Part shown: positions 16,898 through 27,200 of the stretch, piece by piece
How the letters are laid out: every line of letters begins with the position of its first letter
How positions within the stretch are numbered: the first letter of the stretch is position 1
Origin: a virus
DNA: 64,000 nucleotides
IMG/VR virus record: IMGVR_UViG_2799112719_000001
Reading direction: 5' to 3' (one strand)
Translations under genes and position numbers: made by a program
Notes under the pieces: generated by a model
What the model saw: only the letters and a program-made list of their open reading frames with translations
Told to the model about the DNA's origin: nothing
The model's database searches: none

Positions 16898-18565
16898 TTA
16901 CCCGAAGTCGAGCATGGAATTTTTCTGCTTCTGCTGATATTCCTCGTGGTACATCTGCCAGATGTCACGGTAATGGTTGATGTCATCCATCAGTTTGCCA
17001 CGCATCTGCTTGGTGACATTCTTCTGCTCGTTGATGGCAGCCTGTCGGTTGTCGGCACTGAGCATCTGACGCAGGCAGTGGCCTACGATGGTACGAGTGC
17101 CCCAGCCACCGAAGCTGAGGTTACTCTCAGGACAGATAATCGTATCTCCACAATAGGAGTACCAGATGTTATCCTCGATGGTGTAGAAGTTGACGGCATC
17201 CTCACCAATAACCATCAGTACGTCGGGCGCATCCTTATAGATGGCGGCACAGAGGGCAACACCTTTCCAGGTCTCTAACTTCACAAACAGCATGTCATCC
17301 AATAGCTGCTGGTCGCGCAACAGGTCAATGAGCTGCTCATTGCTGGAGTCAGCACATCCGCGCTCATCGAAATGGAGTTTCAACTGATCGCCGTTATTGC
17401 CACCGTAGAGCCATGTAAGGTAGGCATGGAGAATCTTATCATTCCAGGATGGGAGCATCTGGCGCACCTCTTCCTGGTCTGCTTTGTCGAATACCAGTTT
17501 GGTAAGGTCAAACTCAATGCAGTTGGCCCAATCTCTGAGGTAGGGTTCAGGTGACAGGCGCACACAGTTGCTTTCCAGTCCTAACAGCTCGTGTGTCTGT
17601 GTGCCAAACTCCTTTTGGAACTCATCGAATACCTTGTTGGTGATGTTGGCAAAGACAGGACCTAATAGGTCAAAACGAGCCTCGAAGGTGTCGATGCGCT
17701 CTGCCAGTGTTGGCTCTTTCACTTCTGCCAGTTCCACCGTCATGTCACCATCGGCATCCCTCTGCTCCTGAGTCTTCAGGAAGGTGTCGAGCATCTGCTG
17801 GCGACGCTTCAAATCATCTTCGGCCATCATCAAACGGATTTTGTCTGAGGTGGCTCTGTCGGGCTTCTGGCCAGGCTTCAGCTCGTTTAGTTTACTTTGG
17901 TAGAATTGTTCCAGTGTGATGGCCTTTACCTGATACTGCTTGGCCAAAGCAGAAAAGTTTTTCAGCGAATTATTCTGCTGATAAAACTCCACCACGGCAC
18001 AAAGGTACTCGTGGAATTTCTTTAATCTCTGTTCGTTCATATATAAATTGATTTTAGGGGTTATAGTGTCCTGTGCCTTTTCCGTAGGCAGTGGCTTTGC
18101 AGCTGCTTCTTTCTTCTCGGCCTTCTGGCGTTTCTTCTGCTCTGCTTCCTCTTGTAAGGCTTGCTGACGCTCTGCCTCACGTCGTTTCTGCTCGGCGATC
18201 TTCTCTTCACGAAGCTGCTGGGCGCGTTCCTTTTCCTCGGCCTCGCGCTGGCGGTTCTCTTCGTCGATCTTTTCCTGGGCCACTTTCAGCTGCTCTTTCC
18301 ATGCCTCCAGTTTTTCCTCGGCGGCCTTTGCTTTGGCATCTGCTTTCTCGGCCCGTTCACTCCATCCAAAGGGAGCACCCACCAAACGATTCTCTTTCAC
18401 CATTCGACGGGCTACGCAGGGATTTATACTGCTGCTCGATGCTGGGATAGTCCTGCCGTCAGGATGTTTCCAGATCTGATGCTTGGTGGTACGGTCGAGT
18501 ACAAAGCCATTCTTTTTCAATAGCCGCTCCCAATCTTTCTTGCTGATGTTATGTAAACCTCCCAT
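16898..18565 (-). CDS. HicA-like N-terminal domain fused to a long coiled-coil protein
   Basis: From MGGLHNISKKDWERLLKKNGFVLDRTTKHQIWKHPDGRTIPASSSS (HicA/YcfA-like), then a KE-rich coiled coil and a roughly 300-aa C-terminal domain. Confidence 0.5.
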   Translation of the reverse strand: MGGLHNISKKDWERLLKKNGFVLDRTTKHQIWKHPDGRTIPASSSSINPCVARRMVKENRLVGAPFGWSERAEKADAKAKAAEEKLEAWKEQLKVAQEKIDEENRQREAEEKERAQQLREEKIAEQKRREAERQQALQEEAEQKKRQKAEKKEAAAKPLPTEKAQDTITPKINLYMNEQRLKKFHEYLCAVVEFYQQNNSLKNFSALAKQYQVKAITLEQFYQSKLNELKPGQKPDRATSDKIRLMMAEDDLKRRQQMLDTFLKTQEQRDADGDMTVELAEVKEPTLAERIDTFEARFDLLGPVFANITNKVFDEFQKEFGTQTHELLGLESNCVRLSPEPYLRDWANCIEFDLTKLVFDKADQEEVRQMLPSWNDKILHAYLTWLYGGNNGDQLKLHFDERGCADSSNEQLIDLLRDQQLLDDMLFVKLETWKGVALCAAIYKDAPDVLMVIGEDAVNFYTIEDNIWYSYCGDTIICPESNLSFGGWGTRTIVGHCLRQMLSADNRQAAINEQKNVTKQMRGKLMDDINHYRDIWQMYHEEYQQKQKNSMLDFG

Positions 18566-18567
18566 AA

Positions 18568-18701
18568 TTATTCTGCATGAATAAAACAGTCTCTCGTTTC
18601 TTCGTCGCAATGCTCAATAGTCTGGATGTCTCTGCTGGGGCAGAAGGCACCGTATTGGTCGAATCGCTCACAGATGCTTGCTAAACCGCAGTTTACGCCG
18701 T
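18568..18701 (-). CDS. small Cys-rich protein (44 aa)
   Basis: Hand-translated as MKCHGVNCGLASICERFDQYGAFCPSRDIQTIEHCDEETRDCFIHAE. Confidence 0.35.
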
Positions 18702-18728
18702 GACATTTCATAGTTATTTGTTGTTTGC

Positions 18729-19745
18729 TCATAGGTTAATAGTAATAGTTACAATGCCTTCTTTCACTTTGATTTCGCCCGTCCATCCTCTGCGCTGCAA
18801 TTCCAGTGCAAGCTCTTTGTCGGTAAAACCGTCAAGTGTAATCTTTTGTTCCAGGGTAGGTGATGTTTTGCCCTGGGTGCTTGTGATATGGCCTCTATCC
18901 ATCAGCAAAGGTAACTCCTGCTCTGCTGGTGTGGCCTCTGGTTCCTTTTCGGCCTCCGTTTTTGGAGCGTCGGCTTTGGGATTCTTTACTTTCTCCGCTT
19001 TTTCCTTTGGTTTCTCCTTCTTTCTCGCTGGCAATGGTCTTGCTGTCGCGTTTGCTTTCGCCCCGCGCCCCCGCATATCATCCGCAGGATTAAAGGTGTC
19101 AATGTCTTGCTCATCGCACCAATAGAAGCCACCGGCGGGACGGCCTTTCAGGATGGCACGGTCAATGTTCCAAATCCCAAGCTCTTTCTCAGCAGCACCT
19201 TTCTTGGGCCAAATCTTAATCACCTCCAGTGTGCTCATGTCGATCTGAGCAACTGGTCTCGGCGCACGGTTCCGGCTGCGCCCCAGTCTGTCAACATCCT
19301 GTTTCATATCGTTATTGATTTTTGGAATTTTTTGGTCTGTTTTTGGCAATTCTTGTGTCGTTTCTGGAAATTTTTGTTCCAAAATAGGCTCTTTCCGTTC
19401 CATTTTTAACAATTTCCGTTCTGAAAAGTTCCTTTTTTGTTCCGAATGTCCCGTATGCTGTGATATCGTCACATCCTTATCTCTTGTCAGGTCGCTATAC
19501 TCAAATCCTGGTTTCACGCCTGCGAACTTCAACACATGCACTACCACACTGGCACCTTTTACCTTATCGCTGAATCCAAGCATAGCCTTGCTGATGGCCT
19601 CCCTCAGTATATCCTTGGTCAGCTTTTCGCATGGCTCATCGTAGAGCGTCTTGAAAAGGCGATCGAATATCCAGCGCGTCTTAGTGGCAAAAGCCTTGAT
19701 GTTTTCCTGCTGGCTCCAACTTGTATGTGCTTCCTTCAGTGTCAT
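18729..19745 (-). CDS. hypothetical protein with putative HTH (NUMOD1-like) segment
   Basis: 338 aa. KGAAEKELGIWNIDRAILKGRPAGGFYW resembles NUMOD1-type HTH. A K/E/P-rich linker follows. Confidence 0.45.
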   Translation of the reverse strand: MTLKEAHTSWSQQENIKAFATKTRWIFDRLFKTLYDEPCEKLTKDILREAISKAMLGFSDKVKGASVVVHVLKFAGVKPGFEYSDLTRDKDVTISQHTGHSEQKRNFSERKLLKMERKEPILEQKFPETTQELPKTDQKIPKINNDMKQDVDRLGRSRNRAPRPVAQIDMSTLEVIKIWPKKGAAEKELGIWNIDRAILKGRPAGGFYWCDEQDIDTFNPADDMRGRGAKANATARPLPARKKEKPKEKAEKVKNPKADAPKTEAEKEPEATPAEQELPLLMDRGHITSTQGKTSPTLEQKITLDGFTDKELALELQRRGWTGEIKVKEGIVTITINL

Positions 19746-20179
19746 GCCTGATTTCTCCTATATCCTAATGCCCGCATCAATGCCTGTGTCTCTTTGATGC
19801 CAGGAATGTGGGCGTACTCGGTGCTCACGTCTAAGATCTCCACCTGTCGCAGACTGTAACGGGTGGTGCAGTATTCTGTGCGCCACATGCCGGCCACATC
19901 GTCGGCATTTGTTGGCAGTCCATCGGGTAAGTCTTTCTCAGGATCACGATACCAGGCCCGTGTCTTCCTGAAGGCTCCATCCTGCACTTCCATCTTTACG
20001 CAAACATCCGTGTCGATGTTGCCACTGAGCCAGTGGATAGCCTGTGCCGGTTCATCGGGTGTAAAGCAGAAGCCACGGCTCTCTGTGCGAAAGCCTTTAT
20101 GTTTGCTCTCGTTGATGAGCGTCTGCCCTGCTTTCAGTCGCCGCAGTTCCTCGCGGCTCATAAATCGGTAAAGTATCAT
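19742..20179 (-). CDS. hypothetical protein (first gene of the leftward operon)
   Basis: 145-aa ORF downstream of the minus-strand promoter. Confidence 0.6.
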   Translation of the reverse strand: MILYRFMSREELRRLKAGQTLINESKHKGFRTESRGFCFTPDEPAQAIHWLSGNIDTDVCVKMEVQDGAFRKTRAWYRDPEKDLPDGLPTNADDVAGMWRTEYCTTRYSLRQVEILDVSTEYAHIPGIKETQALMRALGYRRNQA

Positions 20180-20226
20180 TTCGTGTTCAGCAGATTAAAA
20201 CCTTCTTATACTACAAATCTCGCTTG

Positions 20227-20258
20227 CAAAGATACGAATAAAACCCCGATTTGACAAA
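20227..20258 (-). promoter_or_regulatory. Bacteroidota-type promoter for the leftward operon
   Basis: The minus strand reads TTTGTCAAAT-N-TAtcTTTG with 20-nt spacing. Confidence 0.5.
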
Positions 20259-20382
20259 TTAAAACAGAGTTAATTTAGTAAAAAGAAACAATTTTTGCAT
20301 TTTTACCAAGATTTTTAATCAGATTTCCCCTAAAATTCATTATCTTTGCAACCGAAATCCGATTTTTAATCTGTTCCCAAAA

Positions 20383-21195
20383 ATGGCAAAGCAATATTAT
20401 TACTACAAATGTGATGAGTATAGCAAGGTAGGCCGTGCCCTTGGTAAGTTCTGGCGCAAGGTCGTTCAGGCTGCCTATCGTGCCGATGCCTATGCTAAGA
20501 AGTATGGTGCCTGTAACTATGAGCAGCCCGTCCAGTTCTTTGAGGGCGGTGTTGACTATCTGATTTTTGAGACTACACCTGATGAGCGTGTTTGGCGTAA
20601 GAAACTGGTGGCAAAGGATGGTACGGCTCTCTATGAGCCTAACTGTATGTACCGTGCAGACATCCTGGTGATTCCTGATGACCGTTTCCATCCGTCGAAT
20701 ACCTGGAATAAGATCTACTCAAAGAAGCACCTGACATGGGAACAGGCAAAGCCACAGAAGACGTTAGACCAGTGGGCGGCCATCGCTAAGATGAAGCGTA
20801 CCGATGACCGCGAGAAGGATGCAAAGGCTCTCGATGAGCGTATGTCCCGTTACTCCTTTGTGTCGTATCTGGAGTTTTATGGTGATGAGTCTGTGCCTCG
20901 CAATATGAGCAAGGCCGACTGTCCGGCATGGCTTCGTCGTGCCATCCGTGCAGAACAGGACCGCCAGGCATTGCCGGTGGTAGAAGTTTATCCGCTTTTT
21001 GCTTTGCTGGATATGAAGCCAGAAGGTGAAGGCGTAGTAAACATGTCGGTAACACCTAATTTCTTCCTGTATGGTGACAGTTACTATATCTGTGCTGAAT
21101 ACCCCTGCTTTGCAGAGGGCTTGCATACCATTATGGAGGGGCTATATACCTATAAGCAGAATATGGCTCTTCGTCAGGAGAAAGCAGAGTCTTAA
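20383..21195 (+). CDS. hypothetical protein
   Basis: 270-aa ORF. TAtcTTTG box at 20341-20348. Confidence 0.6.
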   Translation: MAKQYYYYKCDEYSKVGRALGKFWRKVVQAAYRADAYAKKYGACNYEQPVQFFEGGVDYLIFETTPDERVWRKKLVAKDGTALYEPNCMYRADILVIPDDRFHPSNTWNKIYSKKHLTWEQAKPQKTLDQWAAIAKMKRTDDREKDAKALDERMSRYSFVSYLEFYGDESVPRNMSKADCPAWLRRAIRAEQDRQALPVVEVYPLFALLDMKPEGEGVVNMSVTPNFFLYGDSYYICAEYPCFAEGLHTIMEGLYTYKQNMALRQEKAES

Positions 21196-21217
21196 CCTCT
21201 ATATATAATAATAATGT

Positions 21218-21547
21218 ATGGGTAAAAAGAAGAAAAAGGACGTTTACGAGGAAGCAGAGCGAGAGGGCACCACCATTGAGGATTATATCATTCCTCAGAA
21301 GGTGCAGGCGTTCATAGATGCCTACGAGCCTGTAGAGCAACAGAAGTTTGCTACGACCATTTTTGATGAAACCAAGCTCCGTGCTTTCTTCAAGGCGTAC
21401 ATTACGACGCTGGGCGATCCGCTCGTGGTCTATCTGACCCGTCTTGAAAATGCAGGCTTTAAGATGCAGGTATCTACTCAGAATGAGCCTGCTATCTTCG
21501 TTACAGAGAAAGCCGTCGGTGGCTTCTCTATGCTGGAAGAGTTGTAA
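21218..21547 (+). CDS. hypothetical protein
   Basis: 109-aa ORF. Confidence 0.55.
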   Translation: MGKKKKKDVYEEAEREGTTIEDYIIPQKVQAFIDAYEPVEQQKFATTIFDETKLRAFFKAYITTLGDPLVVYLTRLENAGFKMQVSTQNEPAIFVTEKAVGGFSMLEEL

Positions 21548-21705
21548 CTGATGAATTGTTTTTCATACGAGATTTGTTTTAGTAGATTAGTTATTAAGTA
21601 GTTTGTTTGGTACAGCGGTATCTCAGAAAATCAAAGGTAATTCATGGTATTAGATTTAAGGTTGGCCACCCGTCCCGTCGTGATGACGTGACAGGTGGTT
21701 TTTGG

Positions 21706-22464
21706 TTACTTATGGTCAGGTTCATCGGCTGCTATCCACATGGCCTCTTTTTGTTCGCGTCCCTGCTGGTAGAACTTTGACAGCTCCGCATTCTGCCGCT
21801 CGATGATATCCATCAGCCGATTGCGCTCTGCGTCGAAGCTGGCCTGGCAGTCACGCCTTATCCTGTCCTCACGCTCATGGTGTTCTCGCTCCGTAGCCCG
21901 CATTTCGTTGGCGTGTTCCAACTGCATCCGAAGGATGGTCTCTACCAAGTTCTGCTGTCCTGCCGTGTTGTCTGCTGCTTTCTCGCTGGTCTCTTCCGCT
22001 TCTGGCAGTGGCCTGCCCGCGTCTGTCCGTTGCTCCAGCTGCATCAGTGCTTCGTCGCGCCGGTGCTGTTGCTCACTCTGCCTGGCAAGTCCCTCGGCAA
22101 CGACGGTGGCCTGTGCCTGTGAACTGATCTGCCGCTCAGTAATCCGCGTTTCCACGATGCCCCTGCCGCGTCCCTCCTTGATGCCGTAGCCGTCAACGGG
22201 TAGCGTCTGACTGTTGCTGTCGGGTAGGGTAGGGCGTATCTCTGCTGGCATACCGTCACCGTCAAAGAAGAATCCGTCTAACGGAATGTTGTAGTAGTTG
22301 CAGAAACGCAACATTGCAGTCACATGGACGGGAACCTTCCCATCCAGCCATTTGTTTAGTGACACATAGTCACCACACCCCAGGGCTTCCAGCAAGTCCT
22401 TTTTGGCGAGTTTGTGGCTATCCATGAATTGCTGGAGATAGCCGTAGTTGTACGAGTAATCCAT
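21706..22464 (-). CDS. XRE-family HTH repressor-like protein with C-terminal coiled coil
   Basis: LAKKDLLEALGCGDYVSLNKWLDGKVPVHVTAMLRFCNYYNI is an HTH_3-like segment. Divergent from the rightward operon. Confidence 0.7.
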   Translation of the reverse strand: MDYSYNYGYLQQFMDSHKLAKKDLLEALGCGDYVSLNKWLDGKVPVHVTAMLRFCNYYNIPLDGFFFDGDGMPAEIRPTLPDSNSQTLPVDGYGIKEGRGRGIVETRITERQISSQAQATVVAEGLARQSEQQHRRDEALMQLEQRTDAGRPLPEAEETSEKAADNTAGQQNLVETILRMQLEHANEMRATEREHHEREDRIRRDCQASFDAERNRLMDIIERQNAELSKFYQQGREQKEAMWIAADEPDHK

Positions 22465-22642
22465 ACTGTTTGCAATTATATTTATTTAACACTAAAATGA
22501 TACTCAACTGCGATTAAAGCCTTTATATTAAAACCTTTCCGAACTTATTAAAAACATACCCTTAAAACATTAAAACTTGGTTAAAATGTTAAATCTCGAA
22601 AGAAAAACCGATTAAAACCTTGTTTTTACAAAAATAATTCCT

Positions 22643-22650
22643 TACCTTTG
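22643..22650 (+). promoter_or_regulatory. -7 box (TAccTTTG) of the rightward early promoter
   Basis: Lies 34 nt upstream of the ATG at 22684, within an AT-rich region carrying TTAAAAC repeats. Confidence 0.45.
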
Positions 22651-22683
22651 CGCAAAAATACAAAAAATCATCCGAATATCAAC

Positions 22684-23172
22684 ATGATTATCGAGAAATT
22701 AACACAACCAGGAGCGCATTTGAACTGCGACGATTTGACTCCTAATCAGAAGAAACTCCTTTGGGAGATAATGAAACGGCATGGTGCATCACAGGGATTC
22801 GCCTACGACCGCTTCTTTAAGGAGGGCTTTGCCCTTTGGGAGCTGAAAGGTATCGACACTATAAAACGTCAGTTCCTTTCTGACCGCTTTTCTGAACTCT
22901 TCCCAGACCAGACCACCATGCCTGAAGCATTGGCTTTGGGTGCCATTCTTGATACCGTAGTGGCCACGAATGGTGAGTTTTATCGTACCCTCGGACGTAC
23001 CTTTGGTATGAAAAAGGTGTTTACCGATCTTATGGGGACGCTGGGCATGGGTAGTAACTCGGTCCTCAATAAGTTTTCCACTGACGATTGGAAAGACTAT
23101 GAGCGTATCGGTGTGCAGGCTGTGATGCAGGAATTTGAAACGGAAGTAGCGACACTGGATAATGGCGACTAA
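22684..23172 (+). CDS. hypothetical protein
   Basis: Start moved to the ATG (MIIEKLTQ), because the TTG at 22648 lies inside the -7 box. Confidence 0.55.
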   Translation: MIIEKLTQPGAHLNCDDLTPNQKKLLWEIMKRHGASQGFAYDRFFKEGFALWELKGIDTIKRQFLSDRFSELFPDQTTMPEALALGAILDTVVATNGEFYRTLGRTFGMKKVFTDLMGTLGMGSNSVLNKFSTDDWKDYERIGVQAVMQEFETEVATLDNGD

Positions 23173-23567
23173 TGCAGCAGCGACACTTCGAGAAACGGAA
23201 ACGTGGACGGCCATTGAAAGACCGTCGAAAGCACCTTCAGATAGCAGCGACTATTGACTATCGGGGTACTGACGATGACGTGCTGACCTTTGTTTTTCGT
23301 GGTGCCGGCCAGCAGCTGATTACTAAAGTTTTCCAATATCTCGTAGGCCATTCTCACGGCATTGCCCGTGAAGCTGTCGTTACTGAGGAACATGACATTA
23401 TCCGTCGCAACGGAAAAGGCTACTGGCGCATAGCAGCAGAGATACACGATCCTAACTATCACTTTGCATCGTTAGACGATATGCAGCTGCTCATTGAAGC
23501 CACCCTGCACCGCCTCCATCCCTGCACCGTCCACTGGATGCCCATCGAGAAGTTCTTGAATGTTTAG
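23172..23567 (+). CDS. hypothetical protein
   Basis: 131-aa ORF with an ATGA-type overlap to the upstream stop. Confidence 0.5.
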   Translation: MQQRHFEKRKRGRPLKDRRKHLQIAATIDYRGTDDDVLTFVFRGAGQQLITKVFQYLVGHSHGIAREAVVTEEHDIIRRNGKGYWRIAAEIHDPNYHFASLDDMQLLIEATLHRLHPCTVHWMPIEKFLNV

Positions 23568-23605
23568 CATGTGGCTATGGTATAGCCACTAAAAGAAAAG
23601 AAGAT

Positions 23606-24244
23606 ATGAAGATAATTGATGTTACTATCGACCTTGAAACTTGCTCACTCGCTGCGAATGCTGCCGTGATGCAAGTGTCTGCCGTGGCGTGGAATAGACA
23701 TGCCACCGCTGCCGACGAACTGTTTGTAAAGAATATCCCCGCCTTTGATGCCCGTGTCGATCTGCGCTCGTGCGTCATGGATGGTTTCGACTTCGACCGC
23801 GAGACGATCAAGTGGTGGAGCAATAAGCCCCAGGAACTCAAAGATGAGATTACCAATGGCGACTGCTACCCCATCAAGGAGGTGTTTGAACAGTTTGCTC
23901 AATGGATGACTGAGGCCAAGGAATACAGCCAGGCTGATGTAGTATGCCTCTGGGCACAGGGTGCCGACTTCGACATTGCCATCCTGCGCCATGTGCTCAA
24001 TAAGTATGGTATCAAGTTGCCTATCGGCTACCGTGACTTCCGCGATGCCCGCACCTTTATTGCAGAGGTGGGTAGTCGCATGTTACTGGAGGATCATGTC
24101 GATGGCATTGCCGACCATGGTAAGGTATATGCAATGTTACCCGATTTTCCAGAAAAGGCAGATGTGCATAATGCGCTCTTCGATGCCAAACGCACCACAT
24201 GGTCACTCTGGCATGTAATCTCTTCTATCCCCGACCGTCAATGA
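23606..24244 (+). CDS. DEDD-family 3'-5' exonuclease
   Basis: IDVTIDLETCS (ExoI), WAQGADFDIAIL (ExoII), HNALFDA (ExoIII, DEDDh). Confidence 0.75.
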   Translation: MKIIDVTIDLETCSLAANAAVMQVSAVAWNRHATAADELFVKNIPAFDARVDLRSCVMDGFDFDRETIKWWSNKPQELKDEITNGDCYPIKEVFEQFAQWMTEAKEYSQADVVCLWAQGADFDIAILRHVLNKYGIKLPIGYRDFRDARTFIAEVGSRMLLEDHVDGIADHGKVYAMLPDFPEKADVHNALFDAKRTTWSLWHVISSIPDRQ

Positions 24245-24251
24245 TGCGCGT

Positions 24252-27200
24252 ATGATTTACGACCCATTGATAGATGAATTGGCTGCGCTGCCGCTAAACC
24301 TTCTCGTGACTCCTGCCGACCAGCAGACAGAGGAAGGCCAGACGGCGTGTTGGTGCCCGTTCTGTAAGGGTAATGCCGGCTCCACTCCACACTTCATTAT
24401 CTACAACCGTAAGCGTGGTGGACTGTACGGCAAACCCGTAGAACACTGGTTCTGCACCAAGACAAAGCGAGGTGGCTATGGTGCCATCGAACTCTATGCC
24501 GCAATGAAGGGGCTGGGGTACTGGTGGCGCAAGGATAGTCACTCAGCACAGACATTCATCTGTGTGGGTGAAGATCTGCGTCAGGCTTGCTTGCAGCTGG
24601 CTATGCTGGCCGGTCACACCAAGGAAGAGGTGGGCGAGAAATGGCCACAACTGCTGAAACGTGACTACCGAGAGACGGCTATCCGTCCCCAGGAGCGTGT
24701 TACCTTTGAACCGAAGACTGGTTTTACACCGCAGGACCTTGCAGCACTCGGCTGTACTACCTGGCTTGACTACGACGGTGTGGAGCATTACGGTTTTGAG
24801 ACGGGTAATAAGGATGCTGGTTGGCATTTCGACCCTGCCGACATCCAGCGCGACTTTAAGATCTCAGCTGTCGGTAAGGTGACGCTGCCCGCCGTCAGTC
24901 GTAAGGGCGAGCCGGTATCAGAGGTATTGGTGAGCACACCATGGAATCCTATCTTTGTGGCTCTCGTGGATGATGAGACTGAGGATAGCGGCTCTATTTT
25001 CTTCCCTGCCCTGGGCATACCGCCTATGGTGTTCTGCAATACTGATGAGCACACATCGGCCAAGGTGAGCAGATGGTTGGCAGGCGATAAGGTGTTTGTT
25101 CGTGCATTAGAACTGAAGACCTCAGAGAATACGGGTGTCCGTAAGGCCATCCAGGAACTCGACCCAGAAGAGCGTGTCACCGAGGTTAAGCAGGAGTGGC
25201 AGGAGTCTTCAGATAAGAATGGTAACGTGAAGATGGAGTTGGTGGATGTGCCGCTTCGTGATAAAGACATCAAGGCAAAGGCGATTATCTATTGTCCGTC
25301 GGCTCCTGATGCCGTGGCCACCTATTATCACATGAAGGCTTTGCGCCATACCTACCCCAAGCAGTTTGGTTCTCGTTGGTATCATGTGTGTTTCCCCTAT
25401 GGTGCCGTGCCGTTCTCTCCCGTGCATTATAATAAGATGCACCGTTTTGCGGATAATATCTACACCCTTTTCCCGTCGGCTACCAAGCAGACATTGAAAG
25501 CGCGTGACATCAGCTGCCGCTATCGTGACGTGCTCCGTGCCGAACTGCCTGAGACCATCGGCGACCGTGCGCACCTCTATTTCCCGCGTCTCTATTGCCA
25601 TCCTGTGCAGACGGTCAGTGAGTTTTTCCTGGCCTATCAGATGTTACCCCGCGAGGCATACCAGAATGACGAAGACATCAACCGCCTCTTTTCATCATGT
25701 ATTACGTCGGCTCTCAGCAGCGACCCCTTTGAGCGCAAAGAGAAAAGGGATAAGAATGGCATGGTGAAAGAGGTGTATTACACCATCAATCCTGCTACCC
25801 TTTGGGAGTTTATGGCCAGTGCTGGCTATGCCCGTGATGTGCGACCCGATGAGCCGGATAAGATAGGCCGCTATGTGCATATCGACGGCCCATTTGCCGA
25901 TGAACTGGAACCGTCATCAATGGTGCAGGCCACCATTGAGCAACTGAAGGCGTATGCCCGACAACTCAATGATTCACGCCCTGGTATGCCGGATGAGTAC
26001 GAGCTGATGGTGCAGGCCGTGCTTCGTGCCAATAAGGAGATCAACGAGAAGACCATTGCCTCGTTGCCCAGCGTGAAACTCAACTATGCCGATGGCTATG
26101 GCCGTCATGTTGAGCATTTCTTCTATGACAATGGGGCCTTGCGCATTACGGAGAATGAGATTTCTATGCAGCCCTACGACCGCATCGACTTCAATGTTGA
26201 ACGTGCCGAACTGCTGCATTGGAATATGACACCGATTAAGAACCTGCCTTTTGAGATCTCCGAGAATCCTGAGTACCGCACCCGTCTGGAGGCTATCAAG
26301 AATAAGCGTGAGCAGAAAGATGACAACGGCAAACCGCTCTATACTTTACAGCAGCTGGCACAGGATGACAACGACCTGGCACTTTGGGCACAGAGCCACC
26401 GATGGATAGTGGACTGGAAAGGCAAGAATGAAAATGAAATGTGGCCTGCTCTGCGTGTCATTCGTGGCTTCGCTAATGAGGAATGGGAACAGGAGCAACG
26501 ACTGTTGCACGATGGTAAGCAATTCTCAGTAGAGGAACAGATGGAACTCGACTGTCGCTTTGCTAACCTGATATTCTGCCTTGGTCGTATGCTTTGGCGT
26601 TACCGTGACAGTAAGAGTAACTGCATCAGTTATCTTATCGAAAACGTGGTGTCTGCTGCCAACCGTGCTGAAGGTGGCTCTGGTAAGTCAACATTCGTGC
26701 GCGTGTTTGCTGGCTGTGCCGCCCACATCCTGAATATCAATGGTCGTGACCTGGTGAGTAACAAGGAGTTTTCGGCTAACCTCGCAGAATATCAGCACCA
26801 CAAACACCGTGTAGTGCATTGGGAGGATGTCGATGCCAGTCTTGACTTCGGAAAGCTCTACAACCTGACAACAGGTGATTTCTCCGTGCGTTATATGTAT
26901 AAGGATAGAATCACCATCCCATTGTCTGAGGGTCCTGGACATGTGGTGACTTCCAACTATCCCTTGCATGATCTTGATGACTCTACCATGCGCCGTGTGT
27001 GTCTGGGTGGTTTCTCACACCGTTTCTGTGGCCAGAACATTATGAAGAATAAGGCAGCGCGTTATATCTCTGACATTATGCCGGACTTTAACGCTGTGTC
27101 GCCTGAAAAACTCTCTGCATCGTCACGCAACCAGATAGCCATGATCTGTGCGCTGGCGGTGCAGTTTGTTATGCGCTACGATGAAAAGGTTGATGCCCAG

